Assembly: GCA_043819135.1 (NCBI GenBank)
Contig: JBDRFG010000101.1
Location: forward strand, 1 to 22,944
Direction of reading: 5' to 3'
DNA length: 22,944 nucleotides
Source: Candidatus Eiseniibacteriota bacterium
GTDB taxonomy: Bacteria > Joyebacterota > Joyebacteria > Joyebacterales > Joyebacteraceae
Made by a program: the position numbers and the translations under genes. Positions 9,280 to 17,104 of this stretch are shown one piece after another. The notes beneath the pieces were generated by a model that worked only from the letters and a program-made list of their open reading frames with translations, did not search any database and was not told where the DNA came from. Position 1 is the stretch's first letter; each line of letters starts with the position of its first letter.

Positions 9280-10758
9280 CTACTCAGGCTTGATGGCCAC
9301 GAAGTGTGTGAACTGATCCCTCTGTATCATGACCGCGATGGCCTTCTCGCGGCCCTCGAGGTCCTTCATGATGCTCCTGTAGTCGTCCATGTCCTCAACT
9401 TTGAGGTCGCCGATCCTTATGATGACATCTCCGGGGGCCACACCCGCGTCCTCCGAAGGGCTCCCACTTTCGACGGAGACGACAAAAACACCCTCTTCCG
9501 CTGGGATATCGAGGTCAGCGAGCATCGGGTCGTCGAGCTCCACCACATCGAGCCCGAACCACGTGGTCTCCTTTTCCTCTTCCGCAGGCTCGTCGGCGAC
9601 GAACGTGTCGCGCCGCTCCTCGAGCACCGCGATCAGCACCCTGGCACGTCCGTCACGAACGACTCGAACCTCCACCTCTTCCCCCGGCGTTACGCCCGCG
9701 ACGACCCTTCTGAACTGGGCCACGCCTGTGATGGGAGTTCCGGCGAAGCTCGTGATGACATCGCCGGCCTCGATACCCGCCTTGTCGGCGGGCGTGCCGT
9801 CCTCGACACCTGCGATTATGATGCCCTTGGTGTCTCCGAGGTCGCTCGCTTCCGCGAGCTCTCGTGTGATCTCCTGCGGCCTGACGCCCAGGAAACCGCG
9901 CACGACCTTGCCCTCAGCGATCAGCGCGTCGGACACGTCCTTGGCGAGGTTGATCGGGATCGCGAACCCGATACCGTCCGCCTGCGCGTTCACCGCAGAG
10001 TTGATGCCGATGACCTCGCCGTCGATATTGACGAGTGGTCCACCGCTGTTCCCGAAGTTGATCGACGCGTCTGTCTGGATGAAGTCCTGATAGAGCGGCG
10101 CGCCGCCATGGATGTTCAGGTCTACCCTGCCCTTGGCGCTCACGACTCCCACGGTGACGGTGCCCTCGAGGTCGAGCGGATTGCCGACCGCTATGGCCCA
10201 GTCGCCGACGCGTATCTTGTCCGAGTCGCCCAGCCGCAGCGAAGGCAGGTCGTCTCCCTCTATCTTGATGACGGCGATGTCCGTGTTCGGGTCCTGGCCC
10301 ACGACCGTCGCAACGAACTCGCGCCCATCCGTCAGAGTGACCTCTATCTCGCTCGCGCCCCTGACGACGTGGTTGTTCGTCATGATGTACCCGGAGTCGT
10401 CGAAGATGAAGCCCGACGCCGAACCCGGCACCTCGTACTCCCTGTAGTTCTGCTCTTCGCCGCGGTTCCGTCCCCTGTCTCCGAACATGTCACGGAACAT
10501 GTCGCCGAATGGGTCTGTCGAGCGGCGAACGGTGCGCTTGGTGTCGACGCTGACTACCGCGGGAAGCACCTCGTCCGCGACAGCGGTGAACGGGCTTCTG
10601 ATCGCCGAGAGAGACGCGGCCGATGTGCCGCCAGGCAATGCTTCCTGAGCGACCGAGACCGGCGCGAGGTTCGTGCTCGCCGTGATAACCACGCCGAGGA
10701 TCACCCCGACTACCATCAGGGTGATACCACCTGCTACCCAACCCAAAGAACGACCCAT
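9280..10758 (-). CDS. degP: Do/DegP/HtrA family serine endoprotease with two PDZ domains
   Basis: TNNHVV (His), TDIAVIK (Asp), IQTDASINFGNSGGPL (Ser), two PDZ-like domains and an N-terminal TM/signal. ATG 10758 follows GGAGG. Confidence 0.93.
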   Translation of the reverse strand: MGRSLGWVAGGITLMVVGVILGVVITASTNLAPVSVAQEALPGGTSAASLSAIRSPFTAVADEVLPAVVSVDTKRTVRRSTDPFGDMFRDMFGDRGRNRGEEQNYREYEVPGSASGFIFDDSGYIMTNNHVVRGASEIEVTLTDGREFVATVVGQDPNTDIAVIKIEGDDLPSLRLGDSDKIRVGDWAIAVGNPLDLEGTVTVGVVSAKGRVDLNIHGGAPLYQDFIQTDASINFGNSGGPLVNIDGEVIGINSAVNAQADGIGFAIPINLAKDVSDALIAEGKVVRGFLGVRPQEITRELAEASDLGDTKGIIIAGVEDGTPADKAGIEAGDVITSFAGTPITGVAQFRRVVAGVTPGEEVEVRVVRDGRARVLIAVLEERRDTFVADEPAEEEKETTWFGLDVVELDDPMLADLDIPAEEGVFVVSVESGSPSEDAGVAPGDVIIRIGDLKVEDMDDYRSIMKDLEGREKAIAVMIQRDQFTHFVAIKPE

Positions 10759-10862
10759 GAAACGACTACCTCCGAAAAAAGGACCTTGTGATGCACTATC
10801 ATCCATTCAACTGATTAGACAGTCAGCCTCAGATGGGGTTGAAGGAGACCGGGCGCGGCCAG

Positions 10863-11222
10863 CTACTCCGTGGGGGCGGTCGGCTCGCGTGAAGCACGTG
10901 CATCGCGTGAGGCGCTCGCTTCGCGCTCAGCCTTCGCCTGCTCGATTTCCTTCTCCCACTTGGAGATGTCCTGCCTGAAGCCGTGTATCTTCTGGACCGA
11001 ATCCATGAGAGATTCGTCGCTAGGAATCGCCGTCTGTTCATTGCTATCGAACATTTCGAACACCCGGCCGCCCATATCGCCCATAACTCGCGCGATCTGG
11101 CGGTTCAGCTTGAGGATCTCGACCTTCGCACGGCCAATCTGCGTCATTTCCTCAGCCTTGTCAGAGGCGTAGACGTAGCCATCGACGATCGCGTTCTTCA
11201 CATCGTCCCAGAGAGGTGCCAT
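10863..11222 (-). CDS. Hypothetical 119-aa helical/coiled-coil protein
   Basis: GGAGGT SD before ATG 11222; MAPLWDDVKNAIVDG...KVEILKLNRQI...ISKWEKEIEQAKAE has a heptad-like pattern. The N-terminal extension in the track ORF (to 11582) overlaps the promoter and is likely spurious. Confidence 0.75.
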   Translation of the reverse strand: MAPLWDDVKNAIVDGYVYASDKAEEMTQIGRAKVEILKLNRQIARVMGDMGGRVFEMFDSNEQTAIPSDESLMDSVQKIHGFRQDISKWEKEIEQAKAEREASASRDARASREPTAPTE

Positions 11223-11302
11223 GGCTTCATTACCTCCGTGTTGTCGCGGTCGGGCTGTGTTTGCCTTGCCCGCGCCATCCTCCGCAGCTATACTCACCAC
11301 AG

Positions 11303-11375
11303 AAAAAAACCGTGGATTGCGCCGAATCGGGTCTGGTGGCGAAAACCCCAAGGTCCCCGTTCCGTCGAACCCACG
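11303..11375 (-). ncRNA. Candidate small RNA or attenuator: long imperfect hairpin followed by U7
   Basis: Minus strand CGTGGGTT...AATCCACG closing stem with inner CGGG/CCCG helix, then GTTTTTTT; begins about 12 nt after the -10 box. Confidence 0.4.
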
Positions 11376-11387
11376 TAATTGGATGCA

Positions 11388-11416
11388 ACTATACCGATAA
11401 CGTTGCCCCCGGTCAA
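11388..11416 (-). promoter_or_regulatory. Sigma70 promoter upstream of the hypothetical-degP-sigma cluster
   Basis: Minus strand TTGACC (11416-11411), 17 bp spacer, TATAGT (11393-11388). Confidence 0.75.
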
Positions 11417-11526
11417 GCGGTTTCGCGAACCCGCAGTCCAGGGGATTCGTAGCCTCTTTACTTGATGCGTTGCGAGATACCTGCGTGTAGGCGCAGCCAT
11501 TGCAAGGATGTCTGAGGGCCCCACAT

Positions 11527-12345
11527 ATGACTGCAAGTCCCGTACCACAGCGGTCCTCTGTTACAGAGTCTGCCCACCCCACGGGGCCCGTCTATTTCAT
11601 AGCCGATGCCCACCTGGGCATTGAATCGGAGTCTCTCGAGAAAGCTAAGGAGCGGGACCTCGTGGCCTTCCTGTCCCATCTCGCTGGCCGCGCGTCCCTC
11701 CTCTACCTGGTCGGCGACACCTTCGACTTCTGGTTCGAGTATCCGCGGGTCAGGCCGACTCAGCACTCCGCGGTCCTGACTGCACTGACGGAGCTCGTTG
11801 ACTCCGGCACCCCAGTGCGGTTCCTGGGCGGCAACCACGACTACTGGGCCGGACACGGGTTCGAAGAGATGACCGGCGCGAACGTCCACCTGACGCACGT
11901 CTCCGATACGCACTTCGGCAGGCGGACGTTCGTCGCTCACGGCGACGGACTGCCGGAAGGCGATTGGAAGTACAGGGTGCTCAAGGCGGTCATTCGCAGC
12001 CTGCCTGCGATCGCCGCATTCCGGCTGATACCCCCGGCCAGAGGAGTGAGGATCGCGCGCTGGGCCTCGGGTCTGAGCGAGATCACCCCGGAACGAATCC
12101 GCAGGGCCACACCGGCCATGAGAGACTTCCTCGAGAGGAAGCTGGCTGAGGGCTACGACGTGGCCGTCGTCGGTCACGTTCACAAGCAGATAGTGTGGAA
12201 GTCCGGTGGTGGGACCGCTGTGGTGGTCGGCGACTGGATGAAGCACCGCTCCGTCGTAGAACTCACGAAAGACGGTGTGAGGCCACTGAGTTGGGTCGGC
12301 GGCGCGCTCCGTGAGGAGCCGCTGGAATCTGCCCCGGAGGCTTAG
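11527..12345 (+). CDS. lpxH: UDP-2,3-diacylglucosamine diphosphatase (LpxH-like metallophosphoesterase)
   Basis: FIADAHLG, GDTFDFWFEY, GNHD, AHGDG, GHVH and GDW motifs. Start uncertain. Confidence 0.88.
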   Translation: MTASPVPQRSSVTESAHPTGPVYFIADAHLGIESESLEKAKERDLVAFLSHLAGRASLLYLVGDTFDFWFEYPRVRPTQHSAVLTALTELVDSGTPVRFLGGNHDYWAGHGFEEMTGANVHLTHVSDTHFGRRTFVAHGDGLPEGDWKYRVLKAVIRSLPAIAAFRLIPPARGVRIARWASGLSEITPERIRRATPAMRDFLERKLAEGYDVAVVGHVHKQIVWKSGGGTAVVVGDWMKHRSVVELTKDGVRPLSWVGGALREEPLESAPEA

Positions 12346-12372
12346 AACAACGGGACCGCGGGCCGCTCGACG

Positions 12373-13284
12373 CTACAGCATGACCCCCAGCGATATCCTG
12401 TGGGTGTCGCCCAGCTCGGAATAGAACGGAACGACCGCGTAGTCGAGCCTGAAGTTCTTCACCTTGACGCCAAGCCCCGCCGAGACGTTGTGATTGTCCC
12501 ACCCCGACCGGTAGCCGAACCTGACCGCCAGCATGCCCGCGTACTCATACTCGACGCCGAAGTGCACCTTGGTGTTGCCGTCGGCGGGTATGACCGCGTC
12601 TGACGCGATGACGACGTTGCCGTGCAGGGTGTCCACGGGCACGTCGAGAGCCGCACCGAGCTTGAACATCACGGGCAGGTCGAACTGCTCCTCGATGAAC
12701 TTCATCTGGGGGCCCAGGTTCTGGACCGTGACCGCTGCCGTGAGACCCTCGAAGCCGGGGACGCGATAGCGCCCGCCGAGATCGACGGCGACCCCCTTGG
12801 CGGTCCTCTCATCGATCTTCTCGTGCAGGTACTTGACCGAACCTCCGACGTCCAGATGGTCCGACAGGCGTCGCGCGTAGCTTCCCGTGAAGGCGAAGTC
12901 GAAGACCCCGAAGTGACCGATCGGCTCGGCCGTCGGGCCGTCGCGCCGTTCGAGATCGTCCATGTAGAGCCCGACTATGCCGGCGCCTATGGCGTAGTCC
13001 CCGTACGACTGCACGCCGCCGACGTACTCGTAGCGGATGTCCTGGAACCACTCGCTGTGCATCAGTGTAATGTCGATGTTCTCGACATCGAGGATACCGG
13101 CCGGGTTCCAGTAGACAGACGAAGCGTCGCCGTCGACGGCCGTGTATGCGTCGCCCAGCCCGATGGCCCTGGCCCCAACTCCCAGCTTGAGAAACGCGAG
13201 ACCTGTGGAGCCCTCCTCTGCCGATGCAACGGTCGGCAGCACGAGGCAGATGATACCCAGAATGGCCAGGATGGAACGCTTCAT
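12373..13284 (-). CDS. PorV/PorQ family (FadL-like) outer-membrane beta-barrel protein
   Basis: Signal peptide then GSTGLAFLKLGVGARAIGLGDAYTA..DASSVYWNPAG, alternating beta-strand pattern, C-terminal LGDTHRISLG. AGGAGG SD. Confidence 0.85.
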   Translation of the reverse strand: MKRSILAILGIICLVLPTVASAEEGSTGLAFLKLGVGARAIGLGDAYTAVDGDASSVYWNPAGILDVENIDITLMHSEWFQDIRYEYVGGVQSYGDYAIGAGIVGLYMDDLERRDGPTAEPIGHFGVFDFAFTGSYARRLSDHLDVGGSVKYLHEKIDERTAKGVAVDLGGRYRVPGFEGLTAAVTVQNLGPQMKFIEEQFDLPVMFKLGAALDVPVDTLHGNVVIASDAVIPADGNTKVHFGVEYEYAGMLAVRFGYRSGWDNHNVSAGLGVKVKNFRLDYAVVPFYSELGDTHRISLGVML

Positions 13285-13303
13285 AGGGGACCTCCTGATT
13301 GTG

Positions 13304-13390
13304 CTCTCGGTGCGCGTGTTCAGTCGGTCGGCGTTCGGCGCCGCATCGGCGTAACGAACAGGCCAGGACGCACTTCACGGCACCGAAGAG
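13304..13390. repeat. 87-nt imperfect palindrome (rod-like hairpin) in the porV-like 5' leader
   Basis: Eight successive Watson-Crick helices totalling 33 bp (ctc, tcggtgc, cgtg, agt, gtc, ggc, gttcg, cgccg and their complements) around a 3-nt loop. Confidence 0.7.
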
Positions 13391-13435
13391 GATCTGACCG
13401 CTTCTGCGCCCAATGGCTGAGACGTCTTGAACTTG

Positions 13436-13464
13436 AGTTTAATCAACGCCCCGAGGGGGCGCAA
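13436..13464 (-). promoter_or_regulatory. Putative sigma70 promoter of the porV-like gene
   Basis: Minus strand TTGCGC (13464-13459), 17 bp spacer, TAAACT (13441-13436), with AAAACAACC upstream. Confidence 0.6.
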
Positions 13465-13990
13465 GGTTGTTTTGCCGCCGTGCCCTCTGGGCCGGCCATC
13501 TCGCTGGCCGCCTGAGAGGAACGGCTGCCCCGAGCTGGAGGGGCACCGGGCGTTTTCGGCAGGTGCCGGGCAGGGAAGTCCCGCCCCTTTTCGGGTCAAC
13601 CCCGCCCGGCCCTAGCCCCGTCTCGTACAAGACGCAAGCGCTCGGATCCTATGTAGTAGCGACTGCTATGCCAGATGGTAAGCTGCAGTTCGCCTGCGCC
13701 CGTAACCTGCCGTGGGACCACCGCTTTGCTCGGGGCATAGAGTCGCAGCGGTCGCGGGGCGCTTCCGCGTTTGCCGCGCCCCGTCAACTGCGTGGACAGA
13801 TGTGTGCCGCTGCGCGCCAGCCGTGGGCACTTCTTCAAACTTGATTGTCAACATCAGCTATGCAACAATCTCATGAGGGTCATTCTGCCCTAGCTGTCGT
13901 TGCCTTGACCCCCGGGGCGGGTGCCCTGTCACCCCACAGCTCGATCCTGGTAGTTGCGGACGGCCCGCGTCTGACTCCGGAGGATGAGCA

Positions 13991-15184
13991 ATGAGAACCC
14001 TGCATCATCGAGCAACCATCCTGACTGCTGCCTTGCTCACAGCGTGCGGCGTTCTGCTTGCCGCGTGCAGCAACAGCTCGGGGCCCAGCGAGTCCGACGA
14101 TCCGGGGGCCACATCGGCCCAGGAAGTGCTTGCGGACTTCATGCAGTCCTACAACGAAAGGGACGTCGACGGCCTCCTCGACTGTCTGTCTGCGGACTTC
14201 AGGTTCTACTTCACGGAAGAGGACCAGCAGCACTGGCCTCAGCTGCCACCCTGGTTCTACAAGTCCGACGAGCAGCAGGTACACGAGAACATGTTCGGGG
14301 ACGACTGGAACGTGGGGTCCATCACTCTCAACCTCGTGCCTACGTCCGTGGAGACGATTCCCGGAGGAGGCTCTGGCCGGGCAAGCGGCGACACGGTTGT
14401 CATCAGGGTAGCCTCGGACCTGCGCGTCAACCTGCTCAACGACATTACCTACCTGGCCACGAACTCCCAGGAGTTCCGCTTCAGGGAGGTGTCCGGCTCG
14501 CGGGAAGATGACGGACAGACTCTCTGGGAGATGTTCGCGTGGTACGACCTTGAGGATGAGAAGGGTGACCGCATCGAAGAGTCCGGCTGGGGCGCCATCA
14601 AGAGCTTGTTCCTCGAATCGCTCTCGGAGACGTCGCGCAGGACCTCCCCCGCCGAAGTCATCGACCAGCTCGAGGCGGCCTACATCGCGATGGACGTCGA
14701 GAGCTACCTCGACTGCCTGTCCGGGGACTTTATCTTCTATCCGACCGACGAGGACGTACAGGACCCGGAGCTCGACATCCCTGCGGAGTGGTACAGGTCG
14801 ACGGAGCAGACCATTCACGAGAACATGTTCGACGAGGGAGGCTATGTCGCGAGCATCCAGCTGACTCTGACGAACGACCTCACCTTCTGGGACGAACAGG
14901 ACCCTTCGGACCCGCTGGACGACATCTACTCGCTCACCGAAGACGTGGAGCTGTGGGTGAACTTGCTCAGCGACGTCACCTTCCTGGCCAGGGAGCCATC
15001 GATGTATCTCCTGCGCGTGGACCCGGACGAGGTCGGTCCCTACGACGAACTCATGTGGGAGATCTACGAGTGGCACGAATTCAATGAGTGGCAGCGCGGG
15101 AGCGCGTCAGAACGTCTAGAGCACGCGACCTGGGGCGGCATCAAGGCAATCTTCCGGCAGGCTGCGCAGCCTGATGCTCGATAG
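13991..15184 (+). CDS. Lipoprotein with two tandem NTF2/SnoaL-like units, each ending in a WGxIK motif
   Basis: GGAGG SD, lipobox LAAC, internal duplication (LDCLSxDFxFY...HENMF...WE..W...WGxIK). The fold assignment is inferred from the helix-helix-DF pattern. Confidence 0.8.
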   Translation: MRTLHHRATILTAALLTACGVLLAACSNSSGPSESDDPGATSAQEVLADFMQSYNERDVDGLLDCLSADFRFYFTEEDQQHWPQLPPWFYKSDEQQVHENMFGDDWNVGSITLNLVPTSVETIPGGGSGRASGDTVVIRVASDLRVNLLNDITYLATNSQEFRFREVSGSREDDGQTLWEMFAWYDLEDEKGDRIEESGWGAIKSLFLESLSETSRRTSPAEVIDQLEAAYIAMDVESYLDCLSGDFIFYPTDEDVQDPELDIPAEWYRSTEQTIHENMFDEGGYVASIQLTLTNDLTFWDEQDPSDPLDDIYSLTEDVELWVNLLSDVTFLAREPSMYLLRVDPDEVGPYDELMWEIYEWHEFNEWQRGSASERLEHATWGGIKAIFRQAAQPDAR

Positions 15185-15201
15185 CATGCGAGGGCAATGC
15201 G

Positions 15202-15855
15202 ATGAGAAGACTGACAGCTCACTTGCTCACGGCGACCGCGGTGGCGGCCACCCTCAGCGCCCTTCTGCTCGCAGGCTGCACAGGTTCCGCCGGGCCGGAG
15301 TTCGCGCCGCAGCAGGACGTGCACTATTTCGCCCGCACAACGCCCGACAGTGTGGTCGCCAATCTGAGGCTCGCCTACGAGAACCAGCACGTGGACAACT
15401 ACCTCGACTGCCTCGCGGAAGATTTCACGTTCTATCCGAGCGCGCGCACGCTGGAGGAGAACGAGTGGATCCCGAGCTCATGGGGCAAGACCGAGGAGCA
15501 CCAGATCCACCGCAGCATGTTCGGGCCCTGCGGATTTGTCCGCAGCGTCGTGCTCGCACTGCTCCAGGAAGGTGAACCCGTGAAGATCCCGGGCCCGCAG
15601 CCCGAGGATCCGGTCACATACGAGTACACCTTCGGCGTCGACCTGCGCGTCAACTGCCCGGACAGCATCCAGTACGTCGCCACCGCGCCGGTGCTCTTCG
15701 TGCTTCAGATCGACCCCGATGAGCTGAGTGCGACCGGGGAGCCTCTGTGGGAGATCCTCATGTGGTTCGACATGGACGATGACAATCACTGCGGAAGACC
15801 GGTGATGCCCACCTCCTGGGGTGAGCTCAAGGCGATGTTCCTCGACACCGACTGA
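15202..15855 (+). CDS. Lipoprotein, single-unit paralog of the upstream gene, with a C-terminal SWGELKAMF motif
   Basis: Lipobox LAGC; RTTPDSVVANLRLAY..YLDCLAEDFTFYP..HRSMF..DLRVN..WEILMWFD aligns by eye with both upstream units. Confidence 0.8.
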   Translation: MRRLTAHLLTATAVAATLSALLLAGCTGSAGPEFAPQQDVHYFARTTPDSVVANLRLAYENQHVDNYLDCLAEDFTFYPSARTLEENEWIPSSWGKTEEHQIHRSMFGPCGFVRSVVLALLQEGEPVKIPGPQPEDPVTYEYTFGVDLRVNCPDSIQYVATAPVLFVLQIDPDELSATGEPLWEILMWFDMDDDNHCGRPVMPTSWGELKAMFLDTD

Positions 15856-15972
15856 CGACTAGCCGAACGGCCTTGCGCGTTGCATCCCCGCCACCGCTAT
15901 CATCTTGACAGATTCGCGGCAAGTCGCCGCCCGAGTCGTCGCGGTACGTCCCGTCTTCCCACAGGAGCCACC

Positions 15973-17001
15973 ATGGAATCTCCCGACTATGGCCGGGACG
16001 AACCGCTGTCAGCCCCCGAGGCAGTAGCGGCCGCGCTGGACGCACCAACGCTGGCCGCACGAACGAGGGGACCGATCTTCGGCCCCTACGTCAGTGTGCT
16101 CCTCTACCTGGTCGGCTACTTCGTCGTGGGCATCGTGGTCTCCCTGATGCTCGCGATGGCGCTCGGGCTGCTCGTGGGGTTCGGGCTCGTCGAGATGCCG
16201 CCCATCGAGCAGGAACTGGCGTCCATCGCTCCAATGGACATCGAGGCCATCCTCCAGGTGATGGAACCGTATCTCCTGCACCTTGTCGTCGCGAGCGGGC
16301 TCTATACCATACTCTTCACATGGGCGTTCGTGCGGATCATCGACCGGCGGCGCCTGAGAGACCTCGGACTCAAACTGCGGCGTGGCTGGTTCGGGAACTT
16401 CGCGAAAGGCGCGGCCCTTGCTGTACTGATCCTCGGCGTCATCTTCGCGTTCTCGCTGGCGGTCGGCTCGATCCGCGTCGAGGGCTTCGCGCGAGCCGCG
16501 CCCGAAGGGGTCAGCGTCGCGGTGTACTTCCTGGGCGCGCTCCTCGCCTTCCTGTCGGTCGGCGTATACGAGGAACTGATGTTCCGCGGCTACGTCCTGC
16601 AGCGGTTGAACGAAAGAGCCGGGAAGGTAGCGTCTGTTCTGGTGTCGTCCTTCATCTTCGCGGTCATGCACGGGTTCAATCCCGGGGCCGACGCCTTCGG
16701 TATCTTCAACACGATCGGCATCGGTGTCATCCTCTGCGTGCTCTACTTCCGTACGGGCTCGCTCTGGATGGCCATCGGTTTCCACACCGCATGGAACTTC
16801 TCGCTCGGGTACCTCTACTCGATGCCGGTCAGCGGCATCCCGCTGTACGGGGTGCTCGACGTCGTCGAGGTCGAGGCGAGTTCGCGGCTGACGGGCGGGA
16901 GCTACGGTCCCGAGGCGGGACTGGCCTGCACCGCCGCGCTCGCGGTCTGGGGCGCGTGGCTCATTTGGAAGAAGACGGGACGCCGGCCGACCGAGGGCTA
17001 G
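15973..17001 (+). CDS. CPBP family (Abi/CAAX type II) intramembrane glutamic endopeptidase
   Basis: Multi-TM; EELMFRGY, FAVMH and HTAWN motifs; GGSYGPE. AGGAG SD before ATG 15973. Confidence 0.92.
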   Translation: MESPDYGRDEPLSAPEAVAAALDAPTLAARTRGPIFGPYVSVLLYLVGYFVVGIVVSLMLAMALGLLVGFGLVEMPPIEQELASIAPMDIEAILQVMEPYLLHLVVASGLYTILFTWAFVRIIDRRRLRDLGLKLRRGWFGNFAKGAALAVLILGVIFAFSLAVGSIRVEGFARAAPEGVSVAVYFLGALLAFLSVGVYEELMFRGYVLQRLNERAGKVASVLVSSFIFAVMHGFNPGADAFGIFNTIGIGVILCVLYFRTGSLWMAIGFHTAWNFSLGYLYSMPVSGIPLYGVLDVVEVEASSRLTGGSYGPEAGLACTAALAVWGAWLIWKKTGRRPTEG

Positions 17002-17041
17002 CGCCGGAGCGTGCCCGACCGACCCACGTTGAACGCGGAAA

Positions 17042-17070
17042 CGCCGCCGAGCCATCACTGCACGGCGGCG
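17042..17070. terminator. GC hairpin between convergent genes
   Basis: cgccgccg/cggcggcg 8-bp inverted repeat, preceded by gaaa and followed by cttcgtt. Confidence 0.35.
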
Positions 17071-17104
17071 CTTCGTTGTGTCTCCGCTGTTTCAGAGTGC
17101 CGCT

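Noticed and set aside
9304..10791. 495-aa plus-strand ORF antisense to degP
   Set aside because: Typical stop-poor antisense frame of a GC-rich gene, with no motifs.
13571..13585. GGGAAGTCC resembling the RNase P GGAAAGTCC signature
   Set aside because: Imperfect match, and none of the other conserved RNase P blocks (AGTGCAACAG, ACAGAA..CGGCTTA) follows.
13631..13695. GACGCAAGC...CCTA...ATGGTAAGC...GTTCGCC, loosely like a c-di-GMP-I riboswitch
   Set aside because: Lacks the upstream GGCAAA and GNRA-capped stem and lies ~300 bp from the next start; an Rfam scan would settle it.
13880..15076. 398-aa minus-strand ORF opposite the tandem lipoprotein
   Set aside because: The plus frame has the SD, lipobox and repeat conservation; this is its antisense shadow.
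14108..15840. Repeated units as a diversity-generating retroelement TR/VR pair or a CRISPR-like array
   Set aside because: Similarity is at protein level with general divergence, not adenine-specific; no reverse transcriptase and no regularly spaced DNA repeats.
15873..15910. Promoter for the CPBP gene (TTGCGC, TATCAT, TTGACA hexamers)
   Set aside because: No pairing of these hexamers gives a 16-18 bp spacer, so the call is unsupported.
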